Assembly: GCA_050575255.1 (NCBI GenBank)
Contig: JBNZDD010013632.1
Coordinates: forward strand, 2,054,480-2,118,479
DNA length: 64,000 nt
Source: Harriotta raleighana
Lineage: Eukaryota
Reading direction: 5' to 3'
This document shows positions 1 through 13,257 of the stretch, one piece after another. Position numbers and translations under genes: made by a program. Within the stretch, counting starts at the first letter, position 1. Every line of letters begins with the position of its first letter. Under the pieces are notes generated by a model, which did not search any database, was not told the origin of the DNA, and saw only the letters and a list, made by a program, of their open reading frames with translations.

Positions 1-213
1 CTCTTTGCCCCTTCTTACTGGCTCTGTGATAAATTGGGGTTGAACTGTGGAGGCCTGTGGCATGAATAAATTAAACAGATGCTCTCAGTAACACAAATTT
101 AAAATGTTATTGCAACACACTGGCATGTAATTTGTGGTATTGTTTGTGGGATCCATGCTGCAGATATTGGGATTCCTTCCTGAAGCTGGAAATAAATACA
201 TCAATTCCAAATG

Positions 214-598
214 CAGTAAAACCTTGTTTATCCGTGACTCGATGAACCGGGAAAACCCGTTCAACTGCCATCTCAAAAAAAGTCCCAATTTGATAAATTG
301 GAAGTTGTCTGGCAAAAAGTGATGACACGTTCAATGAATTGACTGTCGCACATGAGCACTGGTGCAGGTACTCGCGGCTAGCCACTAGTCGGGTCTAAAC
401 TCGCTCCTACTCCTTTTAAAAGTCACATTTTTTTTACCTCCATTGGGTGAAGGTTGCCATTGCAAAGTTAAATATACATAATAAAGTACTAATATAATAT
501 TCTGTTATTATTTAGTCTATTATTAATATGTTATGTGTTAAAATAATTTTTAATTAAACATTTTATCCCGTGAGTGCCTGATAAACAGGGTTTTATTG
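214..598 (+). mobile_element. MITE family A (Tc1/mariner, pogo/Tigger-like, non-autonomous), copy 1
   Basis: TIRs cagtaaaaccttgtttatc / gataaacagggttttattg; flanks TG and TA (decayed TA TSD). Internal sequence is shared with the copies at 27183 and 43112. Confidence 0.85.
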
Positions 599-600
599 TA

Positions 601-1257
601 CAGGCAGTCCTCAAGTTACGTCAGGGTTAGGTTCCTAAGATGTGGTGTAAGTCGAATTTGTATATAAGTCGAGTCACCACCCTATAATGCTTACAGTAAC
701 ATACAGTGATTGGTTGTATAGTGGGCTGCCCTCTCTCCCCTGCACCCCTCCTAATATGTACAGTACTGTAAATAAAATAAAATATTACTATACTTACATG
801 GCTTCATTGTGAGTCTGGCGCTCGATGTAGCGCAACACAGGAGATCACACGCGACGTAGCGCAACGCAGATCACATGCAACATAGCGCAACGCAGATCAC
901 GCATGACGTAGCACAACGCAGATCACGTGTGACGTAGCGCAACGCAGATCACACATGACGTAGCGCAGTCTAAAGGCTGGAGAGTACTGTCCCGCCGAGC
1001 TCACAGACTCACACAGTACCTGTACAGTACACACTCGCGTCTCGCCTCCATCCTGTTCCTGTAACGCGTATTGTGGTCCCGTAAGTGTTGAGAGCGGCGA
1101 CTCCAGTTTGCTATCGCGCGTGGGGCAACTAAAGTATTTACATAGTAGTGTCGTAACTTCGAGAACTTGGATGTAACTCGGACGTAATTTTACTGATTTT
1201 AAGTGTCGTAACTTCGAATTGTCGTACCTCGAAACGTCGTAACTAGAGGACTGCCTG
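601..1257 (+). mobile_element. MITE family B (Tigger-like), copy 1
   Basis: TIRs caggcagtcctcaagttacg / cgtaactagaggactgcctg; TA on both sides (599-600, 1258-1259). Near-identical copy at 27479-28347; CpG-rich. Confidence 0.92.
824..967. repeat. 26-bp minisatellite inside MITE B (unit about gacgtagcgcaacgcagatcacacgc), 5 full units plus a partial
   Basis: Read directly. The copy at 27707-27827 has 4 full units plus a partial. Confidence 0.9.
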
Positions 1258-2204
1258 TACTCCATTCCAAACACCACTCTGCTCCAATCAACTTCCAGAG
1301 CAGTATCCCAAGGGTGGAGTTGCATACTGCATTACATGTTACACATCAAAATGTTTGAAACCGGAATTCGTCAACAACAAGTATTTGCAACTAAATTAAG
1401 AGAATAATTCAACATTGCAGTACTACTAACAATCCTAAACAACTCAATCTGTTTGTGTCACTGAAGGGTTATTTTCATTCAAAACCAGCTTGTGATCTTG
1501 CAAAAAATTAAATTTAAATCATCGTCTTTTAATGTACTGCCATCCACCCATTATCCCAGATGCTGCATACAGAGAATTGGANGTATTTGCAACTAAGTTA
1601 AGAGAATAATTCTACATTGCAGTACTACTAACAACCCTAAACAACTCAATCTGTTTGTGTCACTGAAGGGTTATTTTCATTCAAAACCAGCTTGTGATCT
1701 TGCAAAAAATTAAATTTAAATCATCGTCTTTTAATGTACTGCCATCCACCCATTATCCCAGATGCTGCATACAGAGAATTGGAAGATTCAATAGTATGTT
1801 CCTTATTTGTCAACTTAAAGGACTAGTTAGTCACAAGATAACTTAATGATTAGAAATAAGAAAATGTTGCAAGATTGCAATCCAAGCCCGATTTCTAATT
1901 GTATTCATGTTGGTTCTCTCAAGTTCTTTTAGGAAATAGCATTATGAGATATAGTATATAGATAGTTTGGGACATATGTACATGTGACTGCCAGGAAGGT
2001 TGAATGCAAAGTAGATGGACATTGGTCTTTTTTTCAACTATTTATAGATCTAAATTTTTTAGATATTCATTTATACAAATGTAATTTTTGCTTTAATTGT
2101 AGTGTGGAATGTCAGTGCTGAGGAATGGGGCAACTTCCTGCAACTCAGAGCACCAGGAATTAACTTTGGCCTATCCAGGTTAGTCATAGTCATGTAATTC
2201 CATC

Positions 2205-2429
2205 CCACAGTACACCTCCTCGCCCCCTCCCAGGCTTCTTTCAAGGCTGGCCTCAAGACCCTCCACTTCGACGGTCTCATCGGTGATGCTAAATGCCCCC
2301 CTTTCCCTTCACCCTTCCCATCCCCGATCCCAGCTTGGCTCTGAAACAATGACTGTTCAGCGTCTTTTCAGCGACTTCCTCCTGATGTGAAAGGCGCTAT
2401 ACAAGTGTAATTTTGTTGTTGTTGTTGTT
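2205..2429 (+). mobile_element. L2 LINE 3' end fragment
   Basis: cttctttcaaggctggcctcaagaccctccacttcgac (ORF2 end), a C-rich UTR, then the tail gtgaaaggcgctatacaagtgtaattttgttgttgttg. The same tail recurs at about 3970-4031, 6570-6722, 38345-38428, 55790-55850 and, reversed, at about 17385, 54730 and 59790. Confidence 0.8.
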
Positions 2430-5400
2430 AATACCAATGTGGACAATGGAGAAACAATCACATTTTCAATCTAGAGATGAGTCAAATCCAGGTTGATGGC
2501 AGTATTGAAACTCAGCAGAGCACCTCGTCCACCTTGCATATTCCTTTTGAACATTCAGTCATCTATTATGCATGTGTTAGTCCCTGAAACAAATGAAAAC
2601 ATGAGAAACCGATTCACTGCTTTGCTGCATAATTTTTATCACAATGTTGCTCAACTCACCAATATGGAAAGACCAAAAAACACATCAGAAATTGTAAATT
2701 TCTTGCTGTAACCTTATTTTTTGCTGGCTATAACCAGATTTGTTCTATATTGTGAAGGTAATAATCGAACATCTGTCCTTTGCTTTACCTAGAAAGCTTT
2801 GCAAACAGCTGTCAGACTAGAGCTTTTACAGACCCTCTACAACAAACACAACTGTTCTCAAGTAACTGTATTTCATGGGGTTATGGATATAGACAGAAAA
2901 ACAATACACTGTAATGCTCATTATGCAATTCTTTAAAGCCCCATAAACTTTTATGACACCACTAAGCATTCGTTAATAGATCTGAACATGATAAGAAAAC
3001 AAACTGTGTGATTTGTAGCATTATGCGGAGTAGAATTATTGTCTACCGTTATTGGAGTTCTATGCTCCTATTACTGTTGAAATAGGGTATCCTGGGCCTC
3101 AGATGCTTTTGCGGATGCCACGTATTTTTGTGTAATTTTCAGGTAAAGTGTAGCAAAGGCCAGTTGTATTTTGCTTGCACTCTTGCTTGACATAATTGGT
3201 TTGCTCCTCCTTCATATGGTTTCAGGTGGAGTGTGGTTCCTGCAGGAGCACTGATTGACACTGCGCACCTATTAAATGGCTTTTATTTCTGTATTAACCA
3301 CAAGAGGATCTTGACACCAGTAGTGGTGGACTAAAGTATGTATAGTACCTTGGAGTACAAAAATAATAAATTGGGTGCCAGGGGATTTATGAAAATAATG
3401 GAAATGTTGATAATAGCACAGTTGGATTGTTGGTGATTAAAAATTGAACTAGGATTGCCACCGAGTTTTGCAGAGAGCAGCAACAAACAAGAAGGGGAGG
3501 TGGGAGAGGAATAGAAATTCTGAAGCCTGCAAGGGACCACTTCTTAATAAAAGTGATGTTGATGTTTTGTTTGATGTAGGGTTTGACAGCTAACTTGAGG
3601 TATTACTATGTCATCATCCATTGGAGAAGTGGTCTCACTAAAGTCTTGGATTGCATTCCTTCTTGATCAACGTTTCTCCAATGAGCACATATTCAATCTG
3701 TCACTCAAATGTTTAACATGATGTTAAGAGTCCCAGAATTATTTGTCGCTCTTCTTCAATTCTCTAATGAATTGATGTCTTTTTGAAGGTAGAGTACACA
3801 GAACTAGTAAAATGTCTCATGTGTGACCATATCAATGCATTATATGAAATTAAAATAATTTGTTTTCAATTACTAACTACATTCCCAAAATGTCATCACC
3901 TATGGTGGCATCATTTCAATCCACAGGGTAATTTTAATAGGATAATTTCTCCCAAACCTACACTGTTTATGCCTTTGGGACGTCCTCCTGACGTGAAACG
4001 CGCTCTATAAGTGTAATTTTGTTGTTGTTGTTTGCCAATGGATGTCCCTTTTATTAAAGGTTCATTTACATGACCTGAAATAATTTACATTATGCTACAT
4101 GTTTTACACTAAATTCAATCTGCCATTCCTCAGCCTAAAATATATCTAACAGAGCCTTTAAATGCTCTCAATCTCCCCCACACTGGCTGTTTTAACACCA
4201 TCACAAATTGATTAAACTAACGCCATTAAGACTTAAAATCCTACGCAGTGATTTCAGTCAGTGGACATGACATAACACAAAGCAAACAAAAACCTAACTG
4301 TGGTCACTTATTGGTAGTGTTTTCATTGAGTTTGGTTAAATTCTACAGAAAGGGTAGCTCTCTGAATTGGAGGTTCGTCATCTGGTGCTAATTTGTACTC
4401 ATTAATGACGTTAAAGTTACTAAATCTACTAGGAGGTGCATTTGAAGCATAACACTGGCATAGAGTAGTAAATTGCAATGTTGTAGCTTTATGTTTAACT
4501 GGTATTTTATCTTCATCTAGTCTCCGGCTTGTCTATTCTTTTAAATTTGATGATTGATTTCCGTTTTCTTCTGGGTCAATCAGTGTTAGTGATACTAGGC
4601 GCTCTTTATTGTAGATTGTTCTCCGCCTGCACCCCTCAAACCCCTGGTTTTAAATTAACCATACTCTCATTCAATCCCATTTCAACTCTGATTCTGCACT
4701 GCAATCACGGGTTATTTGATTACTGGGTTTATCTTATGGCAAGTTTAAATTATTCATTCATTCCTTTGGGATTGTGTTTCAACAAGCTGAGCTTTGATCT
4801 GAAAAAAATCATATATTTGTTATGAACTATTCAGCAATTTCAGCATTCCCTCACGTTTTCCCCTAATTTCTGGAGCACGGGTACAAAGCCACGGGTTTGT
4901 GGCTTTCACCTCTCATTAATTGATTCAGCTCATGGGCGATGTTGAGTTAGAATAGGGCTACCAATGTTGCCTTCTAGCAGTACTCCTGGGTATAGGTTCC
5001 TTAGTACAGTACATCTGTTTATTCGGATGAGATTTTTACTTTCACTATCTGCACCATATAGTTATTTTGCCAACGGTTATTGTATTAAGGTTCTGTTCCC
5101 AAGAGAGATGAGAAAAGGTAAAATGTTCGCATTTTACGTTTACAAAATCTTTCTTACAGTTAAAACAGAATTGATAGTTAGGATAGGTAGGGAATCAAAT
5201 ATTACAGTAATGTTTATAGAAAACATGGCTGTACTGGTAAAGAGTAGAAAGTTTCTCCCAGTGTAACAATCCCCAAGATCAAATTGGCCATTCACTGTCC
5301 CACACTATACGTGGGACATCACTTTGAGCGAATTGACTGTTGCATTCGCTTGCAAATATGGTCACCACACTCTACAGTGAACCTACACAGCTCTTTGTAA

Positions 5401-6147
5401 CATTATGATTACGTGANCTGGCTAACAATCCCCAAGATCAAATTGGCCATTCACTGTCCCACACTATACGTGGGACATCACTTTGAGCGAATTGACTGTT
5501 GCATTCGCTTGCAAATATGGTCACCACACTCTACAGTGAACCTACACAGCTCTTTGTAACATTATGATTACGTGATAAGGAATATTATTCTGACATTATA
5601 AAAATAATAGGAGATGCAGCAGGAGATGTTTATATAACTAAACCATATCATGATGCGATGAACAGAAGGGGATCTTATCATTTCAGGAGACAAAATCTCT
5701 TAACAAATGTGCAAAATGAGGAGAATAAAATGTGCCAGCAATTCAGGTAATCGCTGACATGTTACCACACGGGTTTAACCACACCAAATGGTATACCAAA
5801 TTCACTTTGCTTCAAATCACGCAAGAGTGGTTTAAAAACGTATGATTGGTAGAATAAGGGTTCAGTGGGCAAATATAGAATTTTTGGGCCACTTCAGTTG
5901 AACATTAATTCCATCATCTCTAAACAGCAGAGCAAAGTAATTGTCACATACATCATTACTGTACTCCCTAACGTCAGACTAAACACAACGGCAGAATTAC
6001 ATTTTAAATGAAAAGATTGGCCTCAGGCAATTCACGATGATTATCTTTGCTGATTAGATAAGCATCTTCTTCAAACTGAGAATCCGATCATTCCACTCGT
6101 GCATTTACGTTGACATTGCCGTCAGTTCACGTCACTTAGTGTGAAAA

Positions 6148-7250
6148 CATAGAAAACCATGAAACCTTTTAACTCATCAAGCTTCCCAGACTGTGAAAAA
6201 ACCTGTGGTTTGGTGGAGTCTACCCCATAAAATCTCTATCTTTTAGCAGAAACTGTTTATAGATTCCCCATGATCTCCAAAGGTAATCCAGCAAAACCCC
6301 CAGATCATTCCCACCTCTTCGCTATTCATCCCCTAACCATCTTCCTTCTGCAGATTACATTCTCCACCTGCCCCACCTTCACAGAGACTATTATGTTCTG
6401 TAAAATATCGGTTTCTCCTGGGCTTCACCTAATGCTTCAATATTCTATCCAGTTCTTTTTTAAAGGAGAGAAGTAAAACCTCATTCTCTGCCTCTATTGT
6501 GAGGCTGTTCCATTTGTTCACTACACTGAGGAACCAAACTCTTTGAATCTCAAATCCTAATTGATCCTAATCCTCCCTCCCCACCCCCGTCTACCCGTCC
6601 CCCATCCTCCCCCCATCGTCCCCGTCCCCTTCCCCAGCTTGGATCTGAAACGGTGAATGTCCAGCTCCTTAGGACGTCCTCCTGACGTGAAAGGTGCTAT
6701 ACAGTGTAATTTTGTTGTTGTTGATTTATGTCCCCTACTTAAGTGCTCACGATCTGCAATATATTTGTCTCTTGTAATTTTAGATACCTGAATTCCCCCA
6801 CTTCCCCATCCACCTAGTCTTTGTCTGAATGAACAGATTTGCCCATTAGTTGTACAACCTCCAAATTATTTAAGGATCCTCACAATTCCATCATATTCTA
6901 AATGTGACCTTATCTTAAACTGGAGAAATGTGGCCTCTAATCAGTAACGCAACATGATTGGACAAACTCCTCTTGTCTTACAGCTAAATGCCCTAAAATT
7001 GCAACCTAGTATTTGATTAATTATATTGATAACCACTTTGCATTCACTGGAAATCTTCAGTGAATGATCATTAATCACCCACAAAGTATTTTCTTTCTCC
7101 ACCTCTTGCAGTGGAAAGTCTTCATTGTATGGCACATTTACTCTCCATGTTATAATGTGCGTTGTCACCCATGAATCTACATTACATTCATTTGCTATTT
7201 CTTGGACCATCTGCTTAAGACGTTTCTGTTATTGGACATTAATATTAGTT
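6148..7250 (-). mobile_element. Highly decayed CR1-like LINE remnant interrupted by an L2 3' fragment (about 6570-6722)
   Basis: catagaaaaccatgaaa tail-like end and degraded ORF2-like patches. Boundaries are approximate. Confidence 0.4.
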
Positions 7251-8525
7251 ACAGTCGCCGATCATCGTAGAGCCTGTCCTAGTACAAATTCATGGTAATG
7301 CGACACGAGTAAATGTTGTATCTTCTTCGCAAATGAAACCCGCAATAATACATCACTGCTGGTGCAATCTAGTCTATATTTTTTTCAACACGATGAGTTT
7401 AAAGAGCTATAAGGTGTCATGTAGTCCCAATTCTTCCTAATATTGTTTTTATGAATTGGGAATGAATTAAACACAACTTGCAAGCTTGAAATGCAATAAA
7501 TTAATTTATTTTAAATGCCTTTGCCAAGCAACTTGGGTGAAACTACTTATGCATTCACATGTCATGCAGTAGACTTCAATCAAAGACATTTTTGCATATT
7601 AACCATGATGGAAATTTATTCATCAAAATCAATGACTAATTATATGCATAACTTAAGCTGCATCAACTTACTGGTTGCAATAAATATTGTCACAAAGATG
7701 GTTTTGCAGAATTTGCACAGACATGGCAATCCTTTTATTGCTGTAATACATTTTTCCAACTAGAATTAATTCAGTTATTTTCAGATTTCCAAATGATATA
7801 AAGCAAATCTTAAATTTATTGAATAATCCATTTTATTCACTGAGTTTGTTGTGTTAACAATGCGAGTTGTAACAGGATTTCTGTGTCAATGACTTTGATA
7901 AACAGAGATAAAATATTAACAAACATGCTCTCCCTGGACTGAGCATAAGGAATTATTGGGTTTTTTCCATGCAATTTCCACCTCTAACAAACACAACTGG
8001 AAGGCTGTCAGACAGATGCACAGCCTCTATTGCAGATTGGGCTGAATTGATGCTCTCTAAAATTATTGCCAAGTCAATTTCAACCATAATAAACTTGATT
8101 ATGTTCCTAACAATTGTAAAATGTCAATGCTAAGGTGTCCTCAGAATAAAACCCTTGTTGATGATCCTGCTGTTTGCTCAATACAGAAGATTTGTTTAGC
8201 GATTTTTGTGCTAATACAACAACAACTTTCATTTGTGTAGTGCCCATGATATATAACTCCACTTGCTAAGTTTATCAACATGTAAACGTGGCAGGTTTAT
8301 TGGAAAATGTAGTGACTGAGTACTATCTGCTTATTGATAATTGGCAGGAAATGTTACATATAAATTATTTTTTGTTTATAATGTATTTATTCACAATTTA
8401 GAATTGCATTACAGTTATTTTTAAGTGTTCAGTAATGATGTAGTCAATGAACAGAATAACCCAGAGCCTGTGTCAACCAATTTCATGCCCTGTGCAAGTG
8501 GATCAGAACAACCCCTTTTAATATA

Positions 8526-8929
8526 CAGTAAAACCTTGTTCATCCATGACTCGATCAACTGGAACTCGATTCAATTGCTCAATCCTCTCCCGGGGCAATT
8601 CCCCATTCCAGAATCGCGAGTTTGCTTACTTTGCGCATGTGTGCAATGCGTGCGCATGCGCTCTTAGTAAACTTACGCACTTGGATTTTTTTTTACCGAT
8701 TGGTAAAAAATGCTGTTTTACCGATGTTTTCCCGACTGTGCTGGAATGCTTTATTGGCAAGTATCCACACAATATTCTATTACTATTTAGTCTATTATTA
8801 ACATGATATGTTTAAAAATAAGTTAATTTTTTTGTTGGGTTTTCCGCGACTTGTCCCCCGTTTATCCGGCACAGTCAATTAGTCGACCCCCCCCACCCAC
8901 GAGCATGTCGGATAAACCAGGTTTTACTG
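8526..8929 (+). mobile_element. MITE family A, subfamily 2
   Basis: TA|cagtaaaaccttgttcatcc ... ggataaaccaggttttactg|TA; reverse-complement homologue at 37818-38222. Confidence 0.88.
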
Positions 8930-11900
8930 TATGCAGCTCAATTATAATATTGATTTATATTGGTCCACTTGCATTCAATGAACTGTACTGCCACAGAGGT
9001 CATGGACTAAATCTCAGCCATGCTATTTGCTCCGTCGAATAAAAGATTAACTAAATTGGTTATTCACTTAATGGCTGTTTGTGGGACATCGTTGTGCGCA
9101 AATTGGCTGATGCCTTTGCTTACAAATAGAGTCGCCGCAATTTATAATAAGCCTGTCAACCATTTTGAGAAGTCTTGATGACTGATAAAGCACTATATGA
9201 AATGCAAGGAGTATTATATTATACCATAGCTGATGTCGTCAAGACTGCAGTCAATATTGCCATCCTCTGCCTTCTATCTCACTCACTTAGTCTGCACCCT
9301 TTTAAAACCCAAGCAATCCTTCCCCTAGCTACTGTTTCTGGAGTCGTATTGTTTTTCTCTCCTGTTCTTTTGAAGTTTGAGGGTGACCAGCACTACAAAC
9401 CTTGGTGCTTCACTTTGGCTTCACAGTAAAATAAATATAATATATAAATATTAATATATAAACTGAGCAGAAAAAGGGATGGATTTTTCCACTGGATGGT
9501 TTGATACTTGTGAGCTTTTCTGTGGGAAAAACTAAATACAGTAATTGTGTTAAATTTCATGACAAAATGTTGCTATGAATTCATTGCAAATTCACAGCCT
9601 GTATATTGTGCAAGTTATCATCATCTTTTTGGTGCAATAAAGAATTTGTAACATCTTTTTTTATAACATCATCAATGTGTTATCTCTATTGGCTGCCCAT
9701 GTAGGCAACTTGCAAACAACCTATTTTCAAATATATCCGGGAGTTGCTAGATGCACCTAAGAATGAAAAATTCTCAATATAGATGTACTTTCCATTTCCC
9801 AGAGGCTAATGAACAAGAAGTAGACATTTAACAAAGCTTCGGTACCATGAGTTTGGCTTTGTAGAGTTCCTAATAAGGTTGACAGCAATTGCATGTACTG
9901 TACCTGCATGTAATAATAGTGCTCATAGTAACAGAAAATTGTAGTGTTCAAATATTGATGTCTAACAATAACCATGCATTTTCACAAGCACTTTGCACAA
10001 GGTCCTTGTTTCAATAGAAACATTTGAGATTAAAATTGAGTTACTCGGAATATACTAGTCATCAGTTTACCCCTGTAATGACTTGTAATGAAAAAATGTA
10101 CTGTATAAGACGTTATGATTTTATGTTATGTTTTGTAATATATAATATTTTGTTGGGCCGAATTATTTGCTTCTGTGCTGTCACTTTCTATGTCGTTTTA
10201 TGCATGACTATTTCACTTTCAGTTTCCACGGTGTTCTTTCCCCAGATGCATTGATACTTTAATAATATATTATGGAAGGTGGTTTATTTTGTGCGTCATA
10301 ATAATAATCCTTACATTTGACAAATTGCTTTCATAATGAGAGCACATTACAACGTGCTTCAAAGGATTTGCAATTAATTTAAATAAAGAATTCTTCATAA
10401 CTTCAATTGATATAAAACCTGTCATGGCCATTTAAGATCAACATTATGTTATGGAACCATAGCAGCTAGATTTAGAAGAAAACATTCACATCACAATTTA
10501 AAATAGAAACAAAATAAAATGGAAATTACCTACAGCATACACAGTCACATTGCTTTACAGTATATCCTGTGAAGCACTTGAATGTGTGCGATAACTTGAT
10601 AATGCACTCTATCAAATGTTTATTATTGAGTATATAAATTTGTTCGAGTTTGTATCATGTTGAGTGTTCCTCTTAGTTAATTATTCAGAAAAGATCTCTA
10701 TTAATGTAATAAATAATGAACAATCTGTGCATTTGATGGGACATTTCTAATGTCAAAATACCTTGAAGGGCTTTCACAGTGAATTATTGATGAGTGTAGT
10801 GACTATTTAGCACCAAAATAGAGAATTAGTGTACAAAAGTATTTGAACAGAGTGAAGGGTGTTAAAGTTTTATGCAAGTTTTATTTGTAATGCTCATATT
10901 TAATTCACCAAAAAGTGGAAAATAACAGTTTTGCTTAATTTAGTGAGATCCCCTTCCAATAACGGTCTAATTGGTATTTTATGCTTACACACTAATCCAT
11001 TCCAGCTGGGTGAAATTAGATGTGGAAGCTGCAGACTTGTAATAATTACATAAGTGTTGCATTACTGCCAATGGAACGTATTGCTGTATGTTGTATCATA
11101 CAAGAAGATTCAAGCTAGTATGCCAAGTTTAATTGGAATCGTTGAAGTAAAACGCCAGATTTTTATACCAGTTTTCTGTCCTGAATTTGATATCTGCTCA
11201 AGTCACTCGGAGATTTGAAGGAATTCATATAGACAGAGGAATATGAATGGTATTGCCAAACTTGGCTCAGAAAAAAATCCTTATGTGAGCAGATACAGTG
11301 CAATAAATGGTGCCAAACTCTCATTCTATTCCTGTAATGTTATTTAATTTAAAACACAATGTAGATTCACTCAGATGTTTTTTGCAACTTTATAAATCAA
11401 CCTCTTTCAATCTGCAAGTCACCATTCCCAGAATCCTTTTCTACTTGCATCATCCATATTCAATCACTACTTATGTCCTTAATTATGCAACAAGTACCAT
11501 TGACTGAATCCTAAGCAGACTTACATCTTCATCCACTCAAGGCCATGATTTTGTGCCTTATAATTGTCATGTGAATTTTCAGATCCAATTCATGTACAAC
11601 TGTGAGAGGAGAGAGGGGGGGGGTTGTTAGATTTTGGCATGGGGTTTGAATCTTGAAGCAAAAAGGAAGAATTGAGCAAGGTTACCTATTAAGAGGACCT
11701 TTTGCCAGCATTTCTGTCCTGCTAGAAAAGGAAATAAAATAGCAAGATATTCAAATGTCCCAATATAAGAAGTTAGAACGTGATTTATATACAGTGAGTT
11801 TTTAGCATTTGGAATGTGTTTGGGGGTGTGATGATCATATTAATGTTTTATATCATGCATGGGAGATAGGGAAAAGATAGGTAAATGGGATTGAATAGAC

Positions 11901-13084
11901 TGTTCCATCAAAGTGACATGACTAAATTTCTATGGTTCCACGACTATAATATTTTATACCCTAGTAATGTTTCTTGCGTACAATTTTATCTGATGGCATT
12001 GGAAATTTTGTTGGGGTAGATCTTCATTCTTTTATGCAGAAGAAGCAATGATTTTTGATGTCATCTAAGAGAAACCTTTTATTTTCTGTCTCTTTTAGTG
12101 TTACATAACTATTTGCATTTTTCATTGAATAATAGAGGCCAAAAGAGACTAGAGTAAGAATAATTTCAGACAGAAATAATAATGATAATAATATTACAAA
12201 ATTACTATTACAAAAGGCACAATTATAATCTGAAATGCTCATCTGATAGGCTTTAGGTCATATGTATAACGAATTCCAGTGTTATTTGAAGCACTTTGAG
12301 ACATCTAAAATACGTGAAAAGGCCTATATCAAATGCAGGGTTTATTATTTTATGAGGGTGTTTTCATCATGATAATGAGTTTGCTGATATCAAAATGCAA
12401 AAAATGATGCAGGATTCTTCTTTCCAATACAAAAAAAATCATCTGGTCCTTCTCTTCATATAATACTTCATCATAAATCTCAGATATATATTCTGCCAAA
12501 TCTCAGTCTTTTGTAATGCCTAACAGGGTATCAACAATATTCACTCTGACGCAATATCAAAAGGATTTTAGGATTTGTAAGCAATGAATATTTTTTCTAC
12601 AATTGCGATTTCATTAGACTGTGCTTGGAAGTTCATTTGACTGGAAATTCCATTCTATACCAGCTGTGTTTGCAAATCACCTGGTAAGAGGAAAAGCTGC
12701 CTTCAACATGCATGTTGAAGATATGGTAACAATATGGACAAAAGGTGATGCGAGACAAGTATGAGAACACTCCAGGAACAGCAAGTGACAAACATCTCAA
12801 ATGAATAATTCTTATTTTGTTTTATTTTGTAGTAGTAATACCATAATCCAATATCACAGCAATATGCCATGCTTTCGGTCACCTCTCCCCTCTATCCAAC
12901 TCAACGTCAAACCGGCATCTGTGTTATGAACACTGAGATTCTATCTGCTAGGCTGCAAAATATAAGCATTTTGATGTTGTTGTACTAAATTGCATATATT
13001 TTTGCCTGGCAGGGTGAAACCTCAGGCATGTATCCTTACATGCATGGCTGAACCCCTCAATAAAATAAATTAAAAATTAAAAAT

Positions 13085-13257
13085 TGATCACTTCAATCCA
13101 CGACTGTTTGTGGGACACTGCTCTTCGCAATTGGTTGCCATGTTTCACCCACAAATATACAGTCATTTCACTTTACAGTAAATTATATTCTGTGAAGGAC
13201 TTTGTGAAGACTTGAGTGTGAAAAGCACTATATCAAATGGAATGATTATTCTTATTT
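13085..13257 (+). mobile_element. tRNA-SINE 3' half
   Basis: cttcaatccacgactgtttgtgggacactgct ... aagcactatatcaaatggaatgattatt matches the 3' part of the full copy at 21254. Confidence 0.8.

Noticed and set aside
824-967. Regular repeats superficially like a CRISPR array
   Set aside because: The units are contiguous with no unique spacers, there are no cas genes, and the context is eukaryotic. It is a minisatellite inside a MITE.
897-1325. 142-aa ORF (and related 27869-28102 ORF) as a possible transposase
   Set aside because: No HTH or DDE motifs; start and stop are not shared between the two MITE copies.
1381-1783. 201-bp tandem duplication
   Set aside because: The copies abut an N at 1582, typical of an unmerged contig overlap and not a biological repeat.
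5264-5575. 153-bp exact tandem duplication
   Set aside because: Separated by an N at 5417; assembly overlap artefact.
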